The notes beneath the pieces were generated by a model that was not told the origin of the DNA, searched no databases, and saw nothing but the letters and a program-made list of their open reading frames with translations. Source: Paludibacteraceae bacterium (GTDB taxonomy: Bacteria; Bacteroidota; Bacteroidia; Bacteroidales; Paludibacteraceae). From it: DNA of 64,000 nucleotides. Position 1 is the stretch's first letter, and each line of letters starts with the position of its first letter. This document shows, one piece after another, positions 1 to 9,297 of the stretch. The stretch is from NCBI GenBank assembly GCA_045577965.1, contig JAZNJI010000002.1:4323-68322 (forward strand), in the 5' to 3' direction. A program made the position numbers and the translations under genes.

Positions 1-421
1 TTAAGACTTCAGGGTGTTCTCCACTTACAAAATTCAACTCTGAAATTTCATCTATAAAGTCATTGGGTTCTTCACCATTTAGTGTTCTTTCCAATAGCCA
101 CAATAGCTTCTTGCATTCTTGGGGATTTTCATTCAACTTCTGAATAATATCTTCCAAAATTTGCTTGTGTGATATTTGCCATAACGTATTGTTGACCGGA
201 TTTTGTATAAAGACCAAAATATCTTCTCTTTTCAATGCTCCATAAACAGTTTTTCCGCCAGGCTTTGTGACTACTATTTTCAGACCATTCCCACACTGTT
301 CTACTTCATACCCTCTGTATGGCAAATCCACAATATGCTGTGCAAACAAATTCCGTTCCATATTGGATATGGAAATATCTTGTAAATCTATTGAATGTGT
401 GTAAATATTTTTACGAGCCAT
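1..421 (-). CDS. hypothetical protein (3' end outside window); third ORF of the methylase-endonuclease operon
   Basis: Manual minus-strand translation from ATG at 419-421 gives MARKNIYTHSIDLQDISISNMERNLFAQHIVDLPYRGYEVEQCGNGLKIVVTKPGGK... and stays open to base 1. It is absent from the ORF track because no stop lies in the window. It begins 4 nt after the REase stop. No family recognised. Confidence 0.45.
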   Translation of the reverse strand, partial: MARKNIYTHSIDLQDISISNMERNLFAQHIVDLPYRGYEVEQCGNGLKIVVTKPGGKTVYGALKREDILVFIQNPVNNTLWQISHKQILEDIIQKLNENPQECKKLLWLLERTLNGEEPNDFIDEISELNFVSGEHPEVL

Positions 422-425
422 TATG

Positions 426-1262
426 CTATATATTTTTTACAAAATCTTCTATTGAAGTCAAATTGTAAATATTGGGAATAATATTGAATGCCTCTTGCAG
501 TTTATTTTTTGCAGATTTCCAGCCGATGCCATCAGTAATCCAAACAAATTCAAATCCGTCAACAGCATTGATTTTAGGTGCAATCTCAGAGTATGCACGA
601 GCTACCTCATTAAGTTTTGAGCCACCGCCAGAATAGAAGTTCACCTCAATCAAATATGTTTTCTGAGATGTTTCGACAACAAAGTCAAAACGCTTTTCAT
701 CTTCACCCAATGCTTGTGCCAGTGCCGGCCATTCGCTGGAATACACTTCGGTACGATAACTGACTTCATTTTCCGCGAACAAATTTGCTATTACATTCTC
801 CATCACATGACCACTACGATTTTTCCGGGCATTAGAATCAAGACCTGTTTCAACACCAAATACATAATCAACCAAATTAGTAATTTTCCGAGTCTGGAAG
901 ACATCGGCTAATCCCGTATCCGTCAAAAATTCCATTACTCCATCTACAGAATGAAACAATGTATCAAGTACGATGCTTTCACCCAATGCATTCAACACTT
1001 TCTTTTTGCCCTCACTGCGAACAGCAATCAAAATATCCATTACATTAAATGCTGTTCTATCCCGATTCCAAATCGTTTCGACAGAAGCACGCAAGTTTGT
1101 AGAACCTATCAAACAATTTAGCATACAAAGACTAAGTTTAATATTTTCAACATTGTCGTTTATCTTGCCGAAGTCGCAAAAGAAATCCAATGTTTGATTC
1201 GTTTCTTTAAGTTGTGACATGAATGTCATAAACTCTTGTGGTGTGTGTGCTGCCATCATCAT
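426..1262 (-). CDS. type II restriction endonuclease, DpnII/MboI family (GATC)
   Basis: 278 aa. The blocks NLVDYVFGVETGLDSNARKNRSG, KRFDFV, YLIEVNFYSGGGSKLNEVARAY and FVWITDGIGW match my recollection of R.DpnII. There is a 4-nt overlap with the upstream Dam-type methylase. Confidence 0.85.
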   Translation of the reverse strand: MMMAAHTPQEFMTFMSQLKETNQTLDFFCDFGKINDNVENIKLSLCMLNCLIGSTNLRASVETIWNRDRTAFNVMDILIAVRSEGKKKVLNALGESIVLDTLFHSVDGVMEFLTDTGLADVFQTRKITNLVDYVFGVETGLDSNARKNRSGHVMENVIANLFAENEVSYRTEVYSSEWPALAQALGEDEKRFDFVVETSQKTYLIEVNFYSGGGSKLNEVARAYSEIAPKINAVDGFEFVWITDGIGWKSAKNKLQEAFNIIPNIYNLTSIEDFVKNI

Positions 1263-2131
1263 GCATAATTTCTAATTAATAATTCGGTTAGTTTTCCTCG
1301 TTTTTTAGGATTGGCATTGACACTTCTTGATGCCCAAACACGAATAATTTGATATTGCATATATAGGTCATCAAAAAAGCCATCCTTACAATCGGAATTA
1401 CTCAGCATAAACCGATGCCCAGCCGCTTGTACTTGGTCACAAAAGGCCTTCAACCGTTGTTGTGCCATATCATTGAATGATTCTTTTGTGTAATCATTAA
1501 AACTACTTGTATCATTCAAAGGTCTGTAGGGAGGGTCAAAATAAAAAAATGTATTGCCTGCTGCTTGTTCCAATGTTTGGGTATAGTCTCCTGTCAGGAT
1601 TTCAACCCTTTGCAACAATTCGCTATCTGCATAAATGGTATTTGCATCGCAAATGGTTGGTGTTTCATAACGCCCAAAAGGGACATTGAAAAGACCCGAC
1701 TTGTTCACTCGGTACAATCCGTTGAAGCATGTGCGGTTCAAGAAAAAGAACAAAGTTGTATTGCGTATCGGGTCAAGTGCTTTTGTATTAAATTCAGCAC
1801 GCATCAGCATAAAGAACTCTTTCCGACTATCTTCCGAACGAAGGGAATAATATTCTTTCTGAATCTGGCTAAGAGATTCAACCAAAAGTTGTGGAAACTG
1901 CTTTACCACTTTATAACAAGTAGTCAAATCTGCGTTGATATCATTAATGACTGCCGACCGGATGTTAGAGTGCCTTTGTAACATGTGGAAGAGCATTGCT
2001 CCTCCGCCCACGAAGGGTTCAATGTAAGTGACATTCTCCCATTGGTCAAAGTCAGCTGGAAGCTTCGCTTCGAGTTGGTCAATGAGTTGCGTCTTTCCGC
2101 CTACCCACTTGACAAATGGTTTCGCTTTCAT
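1259..2131 (-). CDS. DNA adenine methyltransferase, Dam/DpnM family
   Basis: 290 aa. N-terminal VKWVGGK, AdoMet motif EPFVGGGAM and catalytic FDPPYRPL (DPPY) are present. It is translationally coupled to the REase. Confidence 0.9.
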   Translation of the reverse strand: MKAKPFVKWVGGKTQLIDQLEAKLPADFDQWENVTYIEPFVGGGAMLFHMLQRHSNIRSAVINDINADLTTCYKVVKQFPQLLVESLSQIQKEYYSLRSEDSRKEFFMLMRAEFNTKALDPIRNTTLFFFLNRTCFNGLYRVNKSGLFNVPFGRYETPTICDANTIYADSELLQRVEILTGDYTQTLEQAAGNTFFYFDPPYRPLNDTSSFNDYTKESFNDMAQQRLKAFCDQVQAAGHRFMLSNSDCKDGFFDDLYMQYQIIRVWASRSVNANPKKRGKLTELLIRNYA

Positions 2132-2155
2132 TGTTGGTATTTTTTATTACGACTG

Positions 2156-2163
2156 CAAAGGTA
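2156..2163 (-). promoter_or_regulatory. -7 box TACCTTTG for the methylase-REase operon
   Basis: Matches the Bacteroidetes TAnnTTTG consensus, 25 nt before the ATG. A TTTGCA-like -33 element lies upstream. Confidence 0.7.
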
Positions 2164-2193
2164 GTGAATTATTTTGGATTGAGCAAGAATGGT

Positions 2194-2236
2194 GCAAATA
2201 AAAATGCCATTTATGCGGATTTTGCATAAATGGCAT
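2194..2236 (-). terminator. rho-independent terminator after the fic gene
   Basis: 13-bp stem atgccatttatgc/gcataaatggcat, followed on the minus strand by TTTTTATTT. Confidence 0.75.
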
Positions 2237-2307
2237 AGGAGTTTGGCTTATAACGCTATATTAAATCTATCCTTCTGTTTTTACGTCGGGGAGCGACGGT
2301 ATGTTAG

Positions 2308-3186
2308 TTAATCTTCTTGCTCGTAGTAATACGAGTAGTCTATACCTTTCATAAAGATCTCGCGGTCGTAAATCTGGTCAGTCATCGCACCGCGGAGTAA
2401 TTCGCGGATAGCAGAACTATCAGTCGTGCTCAGGCGCATGGCTTGCAGATAAGCCTTCTTGTCTATCTGGCTCCAATCCACACATTGTTTGATAGACGAC
2501 TTGAAAATCAAATCTAACCACAAACGGGTGCTTCTGCCATTACCCTCCATAAACGGATGAGCAATATTCATCTCAACATACTTGTCCACAATCTCATCAA
2601 AAGTAGTTTGAGGCATCTGCTCAATCTGTTCCAGATTATAACGCAAGTACTCTGCACGGCAAAAGAGCGTGCCGTCTTTCCAAATGGTTTTGGTGCGAAT
2701 CTGCCCCGCGAAATCATATAATCCACCAAAGAGATAAGCGTGTACCTGTTGCAACGATAGGATAGTGCCCGCTTGCATATCATCCAATATACCGCTCTCG
2801 AACAATGTATATGCCTTCTTGCGGCTCTGTCCGTCGATAGAGTTATCGGAGTATGTGAACCAATCAAGAAAGGCGGTTATGTTCTTGCTTGACAAAGTCT
2901 TAACAACCGCTGCAATATCCTCCTGCGCGAAGCAATCCGTTGCATAGCGCTTGCCGTCAGCTGACTTTAATTTCAGTTGTATACATTTTGAATACAACTC
3001 AGCATGCGTGTCTTTTTGGCGATTCTTGACAGTTCCCCAATAGACACGTGGACGAGGGCTATTGGTGATAACTGCTACAATATCCACGATAGAGAAGTAC
3101 CACTTGTTTTGCTCTTCGTTCCAAATGGCACGCACCTCTCGGTCGTTATAGAATCGTATGGATTGTTTCATGCTCATATGTCTCAT
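2308..3186 (-). CDS. Fic/DOC family protein with N-terminal Bro-N-like domain
   Basis: Canonical Fic motif HPFMEGNGRSTRLW is present. The N terminus IRFYNDREVRAIWNEEQNKWYFSIVDIVAVI resembles Bro-N/DinD-type DNA-binding domains. The true start may be M4 or M6 (3177 or 3171). Confidence 0.85.
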   Translation of the reverse strand: MRHMSMKQSIRFYNDREVRAIWNEEQNKWYFSIVDIVAVITNSPRPRVYWGTVKNRQKDTHAELYSKCIQLKLKSADGKRYATDCFAQEDIAAVVKTLSSKNITAFLDWFTYSDNSIDGQSRKKAYTLFESGILDDMQAGTILSLQQVHAYLFGGLYDFAGQIRTKTIWKDGTLFCRAEYLRYNLEQIEQMPQTTFDEIVDKYVEMNIAHPFMEGNGRSTRLWLDLIFKSSIKQCVDWSQIDKKAYLQAMRLSTTDSSAIRELLRGAMTDQIYDREIFMKGIDYSYYYEQED

Positions 3187-3200
3187 AGACCTTTGCGGTG

Positions 3201-3208
3201 CAAAGGTA
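3201..3208 (-). promoter_or_regulatory. -7 box TACCTTTG for fic
   Basis: The context ttcactacctttgca is identical to that of the methylase promoter. Confidence 0.65.
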
Positions 3209-3395
3209 GTGAATTTTTACGAGAAAAGCAAGAAAATGGCGAAAAAATCGCCATTTTCTGTTTAGAGGGGGCAGCAGAGCTGCTGTGTAAGGTGTAGAGA
3301 AGGATTTTAAGCGGAAGCGGGAAGTGGTATGCGAACTGACAAGAAAGATAAAAGAAATTCGCCACTCATGCTCGTTGTGAACACAAATGGCGAAG

Positions 3396-3423
3396 AAAAA
3401 GGCGGGATTATGACCCGCCTTTC
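3396..3423 (-). terminator. terminator hairpin overlapping the stop of the 109-aa ORF
   Basis: aaaggcggg-attatga-cccgccttt with flanking A and T runs. Confidence 0.65.
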
Positions 3424-3737
3424 ATGTGTTTGGAGATGAAGTAACCACGGATGGTTTTCTTGGCATCGGGCTGCGAGCGTTGAGCTAAGTACTCCTGCTC
3501 TAGGACGAGCCACTCGGGCGAGCCTTTGATCAGTTCGTTGTAGGCCGTTGTTGCGGCCGTAAGGCGCAAAGTGCCTGCCTTTTCTGCTTCAGACTGGGGT
3601 TTGAGACTATAGTCACGAGGATGATTTCTGTGACCGGTGAACTGAGTGCCATGGCGTTCCATGAGCCATGTATCGCTTTGGCTGTGGAGCTTGCCATGCA
3701 TAGATTTGATAGGATCAATGTAAGTTACTTTAGACAT
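3408..3737 (-). CDS. hypothetical protein
   Basis: 109-aa ORF whose stop lies in the loop of a terminator hairpin. No family recognised. Confidence 0.45.
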   Translation of the reverse strand: MSKVTYIDPIKSMHGKLHSQSDTWLMERHGTQFTGHRNHPRDYSLKPQSEAEKAGTLRLTAATTAYNELIKGSPEWLVLEQEYLAQRSQPDAKKTIRGYFISKHMKGGS

Positions 3738-3845
3738 ATTAATTTTAGGTTAAATGTTCATAATATGGGAGACGGGACACGCGAGGCAAGACACCGTAAT
3801 GTCTGCTACTATGTAGATATGGAAATCATTCGGAAATATATGCTT

Positions 3846-3958
3846 ATGAACCCGTCATGAACCCGTAATTGATAGTTTAGGGTTTAATGGACGCCCTTTG
3901 GGATATAGGTTATAGGTGATAGGTGAGGATTACTCGGCATGTACGCCGAGGGTAGGAC
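3846..3958. repeat. word-array / mini-hairpin repeat
   Basis: atgaacccgtc atgaacccgta..., then gacgccctttggg, ataggttataggtgataggtgagg and the hairpin ctcggcatgtacgccgag. Confidence 0.8.
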
Positions 3959-3993
3959 ATACACAGGAAATTGATGAGAAAATAAAGGTGCAG

Positions 3994-4062
3994 TTTCTGC
4001 GGTTATTGCGGTTTTAGCGGTTTTTGGAAAACCGCAATAACCGCAGAAACCGCTAAAACCGC
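3994..4062. terminator. long hairpin immediately after the DUF3987-like gene
   Basis: tttctgcggttattgcggtttt (3994-4015) pairs with aaaaccgcaataaccgcagaaa (4028-4049). An alternative pairing is gcggttttagcgg/ccgctaaaaccgc. Confidence 0.7.
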
Positions 4063-5343
4063 TTATGCAATTTCATCTATTATTTTGCTATATATTCCAT
4101 GTGCAACATGTTGGATTTCATGGCAATTGATGCTTTTCTGTAGCCAGCGATCAATCGTCTTCTTACCTACTCCAAGGACTTCCGCCTGCTTCACGGCGTC
4201 TTGCTTGGTGAAGTCCGCAGGAAGCATTTCGAAGAATTGTTTTTGGATCAAGGTATGACCGATTTCTCCAGGAGCAGCGTCTTTGTTTTCGGGCAACATC
4301 TGGAACATCATCGCGGCATGCATCAGCAATTTGTGACCAATCAAGAGCATCGTCTCAAAGTCATCCTCCGAACATACTACACGCTCTGGCAGCGGTTTAG
4401 AGATATCCAATCTGAGTCCCGTGAGAATCATCCCTATGCGCTTCATAATCACAGGCATACGCTTGAGGATAGAATCAAACTCATTGCCAAAAGCATGGCG
4501 CTGCGTCTCATACATGGCTCTAAACATGCGAGTGATGGTCTTGCGCTGAGCGTCCGTCAGATAGAAGAAGCAGCTGTGTTTCGCCTTGCGCATCCAACCA
4601 TATCGATGGCTTAGTTCGCGACCCAACTGCTCATATAGGGCGATCTCTTGTGGCACAGCGTCTTCTTCTGCGTCCAACCAAACGCGGTCGTCGAAGTCTT
4701 GCGTCTGCTTGACTACATAGCAGGCGAAGCGGCTCATGAGACCATTCTCTCGGCTCTTAATCAGAGGCTTAAGCTGGTTGTACGTACCTGAGATTAAGAC
4801 GGCAAAGTGGGGGTCAGGGATCTCGATAAGCTCTTCTTGGTTCTTGCGAAGTTTGCTGATGGTCTCGTGCTCAAACATACAGCGAAGCGTGTCGGAGAAA
4901 CCGCCTGTCGTGCTGCCAAGGGCTTTGCTCAGGGTGTCAATCTCCGTGGCCATCATGATACCTCGTCCCTTGAGCATTTTTAGATAACTCATCAGTGCAG
5001 CCGAGGAGGTGTTGGCGGGCAGGAAGATAAAGTCACCATGCTCATTCTCAATGCCTTTCAGCAATTGTTTGGCGTAGTTCATGATACCTTTGCCCGAAGC
5101 TGCAGGGGCGAGCACCATGGTCATGAGTTCGGGACCATAGACATGGTGTGGGAAGCCGTGGTACATACGCATGGCGGGCAGGGCGTAGGCATAATTGGTT
5201 AATAACGAAAGCAATAGCATGTCGCGCATCTCGCCCTCTGGGGCAATGCTGATGGCTTTCTCGACTTGCCAAGGGAGTTGTCCTTGGCGTAAATGGGTGG
5301 TGATGAGGGTGTCTGCACCCTCGGAAGAAATTAAGTTGGACAT
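4063..5343 (-). CDS. DUF3987-like P-loop protein with C-terminal HTH (mobile-element associated in Bacteroidetes)
   Basis: 426 aa. Walker-A-like LAPAASGKGIMNY is present, and the C terminus VLGVGKKTIDRWLQKS looks like an HTH. The overall layout recalls the DUF3987/VirE-associated proteins of Bacteroides integrative elements. Confidence 0.6.
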   Translation of the reverse strand: MSNLISSEGADTLITTHLRQGQLPWQVEKAISIAPEGEMRDMLLLSLLTNYAYALPAMRMYHGFPHHVYGPELMTMVLAPAASGKGIMNYAKQLLKGIENEHGDFIFLPANTSSAALMSYLKMLKGRGIMMATEIDTLSKALGSTTGGFSDTLRCMFEHETISKLRKNQEELIEIPDPHFAVLISGTYNQLKPLIKSRENGLMSRFACYVVKQTQDFDDRVWLDAEEDAVPQEIALYEQLGRELSHRYGWMRKAKHSCFFYLTDAQRKTITRMFRAMYETQRHAFGNEFDSILKRMPVIMKRIGMILTGLRLDISKPLPERVVCSEDDFETMLLIGHKLLMHAAMMFQMLPENKDAAPGEIGHTLIQKQFFEMLPADFTKQDAVKQAEVLGVGKKTIDRWLQKSINCHEIQHVAHGIYSKIIDEIA

Positions 5344-5649
5344 AAATTTAAATGGTTAAGGTTATTATTATATATAAGGTGTACCTCTCAATAGGCAACC
5401 TGAAGATCGCTCTTCACTCCTATATACACAAGAAATCAAAAAAACTGTACTTCTTTCACAATTTTTATATTATTTTTGTTTCAAAAAAAATTTTAGATAA
5501 TTTTAGATAATTTACTACAATTTTGGAAGTAAAAGGAGATTATTCATATCTCTACTTATATTATACCCAAAAAGCTAAAAATGTTTACGTTTTTTTTACT
5601 ATTTTGATAAAAAATTTAATTTTTGTAAAGTCGAAGTAGCAAAATAAGA

Positions 5650-5727
5650 GTATTGAGTGTAGAGTTTAGAAGACAGGAATACCTACAGGACGGCTACGCC
5701 TACGGTTTAGGATGTAAAGGATAGAGG
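5650..5727. repeat. word-array / mini-hairpin repeat
   Basis: gtattgagtgtagagtttag...cctacaggacggctacgcctacggtttaggatgtaaaggatagagg. It shares ctacaggacggc..cgcctac with 9013-9036. Confidence 0.75.
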
Positions 5728-5751
5728 AATGGCAAGTAACATCCCATAAAA

Positions 5752-5787
5752 TATCTACCGACGAGTACACAGACTCGTCGGTAGATA
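5752..5787 (-). terminator. clpB terminator
   Basis: 15-bp perfect stem tatctaccgacgagt/actcgtcggtagata, with a T-run on the minus strand. Confidence 0.85.
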
Positions 5788-5807
5788 CTACATTGTATTT
5801 TCTAACC

Positions 5808-7973
5808 TCAATTCTTAAACTGCAATTCGCCACCTAAGAGCTCCACAATCACAGGCTTTTGGTGATCCACCTTGCCCGCAATGATGGCTTTGCTGAGTTC
5901 GTTGAGCACGAGGCGCTGCAATGCACGCTTCACAGGGCGAGCACCGAACTGTGGATCGTAGCCCTCACGAGCGATATAGTCGATGGCATCGTCGGTAATA
6001 CGCAAGTCTATTCCACTCTGCATCAGCATCTTATGCACACCCTCAATCTGCAAGCCCACGATGTCACGAATCTGGCTCTCGTTGAGCGGAGTGAACATAA
6101 TCGTCTCATCGATACGGTTCAAGAACTCAGGGCGAATCGTCTGCTTCAATAGCTCCATCACCTGCTGACTCGTCTTCTCATGGTCAATGCCCTGCTCCTC
6201 ATTCTCGCGGATGAGTTGGCTACCGAGGTTCGAAGTGAAGATAATCAGGGTGTTCTTGAAGTTCACCGTGCGACCCTTGTTGTCGGTCAAGCGGCCATCG
6301 TCCAGCACTTGCAACAGCACGTTGAACACATCGGGATGCGCTTTCTCAATCTCGTCAAACAGCACCACGCTATAAGGTTTGCGGCGGATGGCTTCGGTGA
6401 GTTGTCCACCCTCGTCATAGCCCACATATCCCGGAGGCGCACCAATGAGACGGGTGGCAGCGAACTTCTCCTGATACTCCGACATATCGATGCGGGTCAT
6501 CATATTCTCGTCGTCAAAAAGATACTCCGCCAAGGCTTTCGCCAACTCCGTCTTACCCACACCCGTTGTGCCCAAGAAAATAAACGAACCGATAGGACGT
6601 TTAGGGTCTTGCAAGCCCGCACGACTGCGACGGATAGCGTCGCTAACTGCCTGAATAGCTTCGTCTTGACCCACAACACGCTTGTGCAGCTCCTCCTCCA
6701 AATGCAGGAGTTTATCTCGTTCGGATTGCATCATCTTCGTTACAGGGATGCCCGTCCAACGAGCCACTACTTCGGCAATATCGTCCTCATCAACCTCCTC
6801 CTTAATCAGACTCTCGCCTTGCATCGCATGCAGTGCCTCTTGCGCAGCTTTGATGTTCGCCTCTGCCTGCTGCAAACGACCATAGCGAATCTCCGCTACC
6901 TTGCCGTAGTTGCCCTCGCGCTCAGCGACCTCTGCTTCGTGTTTCATCTGCTCAATATGCGCTTTCTCGTTTTGGATAGTCGCCACATAGCCCTTCTCCT
7001 GCTCCCAACGCGCGTTCATCTCTTTCGCCTCGGCTTGCAGTTTGCTCAGTTGTTCCTCAATAGTAGCCAATTTAGCTTTGTCGTGCTCTTTCTTTATCGC
7101 CTCACGCTCGATTTGCAACTGCATGATTTGGCGGTTGAGGTTATCCAATTCTTCGGGCTTAGAGTCCACTTCTAGGCGTAGTTTAGCCGCCGCTTCGTCC
7201 ACCAAGTCAATGGCTTTATCAGGAAGAAAACGGTCTGATATATAGCGAGTTGAGAGTGTCACCGCAGCAATCAGTGCATCGTCTTTGATACGTACCTTGT
7301 GGTGAGTCTCGTAGCGCTCTTTCAATCCACGCAGAATAGAGATAGTAGCCGCCTCATCGGGCTCGTCCACCATCACCATCTGGAAGCGACGTTCGAGAGC
7401 TTTGTCGGTCTCAAAGTACTTCTGATACTCATCCAAAGTAGTCGCACCCACGGCACGCAGTTCGCCACGCGCCAAAGCAGGTTTGAGGATATTTGCCGCG
7501 TCCATCGCACCAGAGGTCTTGCCCGCGCCCACGAGCGTGTGTATCTCATCTATAAAAAGGATAATCTCGCCCGCTGCACTAGTCACCTCCGTGATGACAC
7601 CCTTGAGACGCTCCTCAAACTCACCTTGGTACTTCGCACCTGCGATCAGCGCACCCATGTCAAGGGAGTAGATTTGTTTCTTTTTGAGGTTCTCGGGCAC
7701 ATCACCACGGATGATACGATGTGCCAGCCCCTCCACAATAGCGGTCTTACCCACACCGGGTTCACCGATGAGGATAGGGTTGTTTTTTGTACGACGTGAG
7801 AGGATCTGCAAGACGCGACGAATCTCGTCGTCACGGCCAATCACAGGATCCAGTTTGCCCTGTTGGGCGCGTTCGCAAAGGTTAATAGCGAACTTCTGTA
7901 GGTTTTCGGTTTTGTTGTTCATTGTATTCATAGTTGTATGTTTTTTAGTCATTAAGCTCCTTAAGGTCGTCAA
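5808..7973 (-). CDS. clpB: ClpB disaggregase lacking the N-terminal Clp_N domain
   Basis: Two AAA+ modules (GEPGVGKT and GTTGVGKT) and a coiled-coil middle domain are present. [27 protein letters not shown] occurs at about residue 40 instead of about 160. The start may be M15 (7931). Confidence 0.93.
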   Translation of the reverse strand: MTTLRSLMTKKHTTMNTMNNKTENLQKFAINLCERAQQGKLDPVIGRDDEIRRVLQILSRRTKNNPILIGEPGVGKTAIVEGLAHRIIRGDVPENLKKKQIYSLDMGALIAGAKYQGEFEERLKGVITEVTSAAGEIILFIDEIHTLVGAGKTSGAMDAANILKPALARGELRAVGATTLDEYQKYFETDKALERRFQMVMVDEPDEAATISILRGLKERYETHHKVRIKDDALIAAVTLSTRYISDRFLPDKAIDLVDEAAAKLRLEVDSKPEELDNLNRQIMQLQIEREAIKKEHDKAKLATIEEQLSKLQAEAKEMNARWEQEKGYVATIQNEKAHIEQMKHEAEVAEREGNYGKVAEIRYGRLQQAEANIKAAQEALHAMQGESLIKEEVDEDDIAEVVARWTGIPVTKMMQSERDKLLHLEEELHKRVVGQDEAIQAVSDAIRRSRAGLQDPKRPIGSFIFLGTTGVGKTELAKALAEYLFDDENMMTRIDMSEYQEKFAATRLIGAPPGYVGYDEGGQLTEAIRRKPYSVVLFDEIEKAHPDVFNVLLQVLDDGRLTDNKGRTVNFKNTLIIFTSNLGSQLIRENEEQGIDHEKTSQQVMELLKQTIRPEFLNRIDETIMFTPLNESQIRDIVGLQIEGVHKMLMQSGIDLRITDDAIDYIAREGYDPQFGARPVKRALQRLVLNELSKAIIAGKVDHQKPVIVELLGGELQFKN

Positions 7974-8099
7974 AGACTTTAAGATTGTTACTAGGTTTTA
8001 GACAAAACCTGTACCAACATAGATATACTGACAAAATGGCAGTCATAGGATTTTTCATAAAAAAACGTAGAATTATTTGCAAATATGCAAAAAAAAAAG

Positions 8100-8107
8100 T
8101 AATTTTG
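8100..8107 (+). promoter_or_regulatory. -7 box TAATTTTG for ddl
   Basis: 27 nt before ATG 8134, preceded by an A-run and TTTGCA. Confidence 0.7.
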
Positions 8108-8133
8108 CAAGCAAAATTGATTTGACACATAAA

Positions 8134-9195
8134 ATGAAACGAAATATAGCCATTATAGCAGGAGGAGATAGCTCCGAATACGAGGTATCGCTGCGTAGCG
8201 CAGCGGGCATAGAGTCTTTTCTTGCTGACCAACAACAATACACCACTACCATCGTTCTCCTACAAGGTAACGATTGGAAAGCAAAAGTAAGCGAAAACGA
8301 GTGGGCTGAGATAGATAAGAATGATTTTTCGTACACCTACAACGGAGTTAAGCACAGCTTTGACTTCGCCTATATCACCATCCACGGCACACCCGGCGAG
8401 AATGGCGTACTGCAGGGCTACCTGGACATGATTGGTCTCCCCTACTCTTGCTGCGGTGTTTTGGCAGCTGCCATGACCTTCAATAAATACACTTGTAATC
8501 ACTATTTGAAGGGCTTTGGTATAAAAGTGGCGGAGAGTGTTTTGCTGCGCAAAGAGGCGATGAGGCGATTAGGCGATAAGGCGATAGGCGAAGATATTAT
8601 TGAGCAAGTGGGATTACCATGCTTCATTAAGACCAATGTGGGTGGTTCGTCCTTCGGTGTGACCAAAGTGAAGACCTTGGAGGAAGTGAAGCCTGCTATT
8701 GAGAAAGCATTTGCAGAAGGCGATGAGGTGATTTGCGAGGCATTTATGAAGGGTATTGAAATCACTTGCGGCGCATATAAGACCAAAGACAAAGCGGTTG
8801 CCTTTCCTATTACTGAAGTAGTGACTAGCAACGAGTTCTTTGATTACGATGCCAAATACAATGGTCAGGTGGACGAAATCACCCCTGCACGCATACCTGA
8901 TGAAGTACGCGATGCGGTGCAAGCCATGACATTGAAGATCTACGATATCCTCGGCTGCAAAGGCATTATTCGTGTGGATTATATATTAACTAGTTTAGAG
9001 GACGGCACTAAGTGCCTACAGGACGGCTGCGCCTACAGTTTAGAGGCGAAAGGCATGGAGATTAACCTCCTAGAGGTGAATACCACACCAGGTATGACCG
9101 CTACCTCCTTCATCCCACAGCAAGTGCGCGCAGCAGGATTGAATATTGGCCAGGTACTGAGTGAAATTATAGAGGACGCCGCAGAGCGGCTATAG
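8134..9195 (+). CDS. ddl: D-alanine--D-alanine ligase
   Basis: MKRNIAIIAGGDSSEYEVSLRSA, ATP-grasp blocks and LLEVNTTPGMTATSFIPQQ are present. The start was chosen 27 nt after a TAATTTTG box; the track start at 8077 lies in the promoter. Confidence 0.9.
   Translation: MKRNIAIIAGGDSSEYEVSLRSAAGIESFLADQQQYTTTIVLLQGNDWKAKVSENEWAEIDKNDFSYTYNGVKHSFDFAYITIHGTPGENGVLQGYLDMIGLPYSCCGVLAAAMTFNKYTCNHYLKGFGIKVAESVLLRKEAMRRLGDKAIGEDIIEQVGLPCFIKTNVGGSSFGVTKVKTLEEVKPAIEKAFAEGDEVICEAFMKGIEITCGAYKTKDKAVAFPITEVVTSNEFFDYDAKYNGQVDEITPARIPDEVRDAVQAMTLKIYDILGCKGIIRVDYILTSLEDGTKCLQDGCAYSLEAKGMEINLLEVNTTPGMTATSFIPQQVRAAGLNIGQVLSEIIEDAAERL
8554..8593 (+). repeat. possible in-frame word array inside ddl
   Basis: gaggcgat gaggcgat taggcgat aaggcgat aggcgaag encodes ..EAMRRLGDKAIGE.. 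in a linker that is shorter in the Ddl sequences I remember. Confidence 0.55.
8991..9056 (+). repeat. in-frame word-array/mini-hairpin insertion inside ddl
   Basis: 66 nt: agtttagaggacggcactaagtgcctacaggacggctgcgcctacagtttagaggcgaaaggcatg. It encodes SLEDGTKCLQDGCAYSLEAKGM just before the conserved LLEVNTTPG, and near-identical units occur in intergenic DNA at 9196-9221 and 5692-5717. Confidence 0.8.
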
Positions 9196-9296
9196 GACGG
9201 CACAAAATGCCTACAGGACGCTTGCGAGCGAGCTATAGGACGCGCTGATGGCGCTATAGGTTAAAGGTTAAAGGTTAGAGGCAAAAGGCGAGAGGC
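9172..9296. repeat. word-array / mini-hairpin repeat (includes the last codons of ddl)
   Basis: gaggacgccgcagagcggctatag gacggcacaaaatgcc tacag gacgcttgcgagcgagc tatag gacgcgctgatggcgc tatagg ttaaaggttaaaggttagaggcaaaaggcgagagg. Confidence 0.85.
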
Positions 9297-9297
9297 T

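Noticed and set aside
3232-3258. Hairpin gaaaatggcga-aaaaa-tcgccattttc considered as an extra terminator
   Set aside because: It is plausible but redundant with the stronger hairpin at 3396-3423, its polarity is unclear, and it sits next to the fic promoter.
6180-7175. 331-aa ORF on the plus strand, together with several other ORFs at 5859-8001
   Set aside because: These are antisense shadows of clpB, which has unmistakable AAA+ motifs on the minus strand. Their composition is Leu/Arg-rich and low in complexity.
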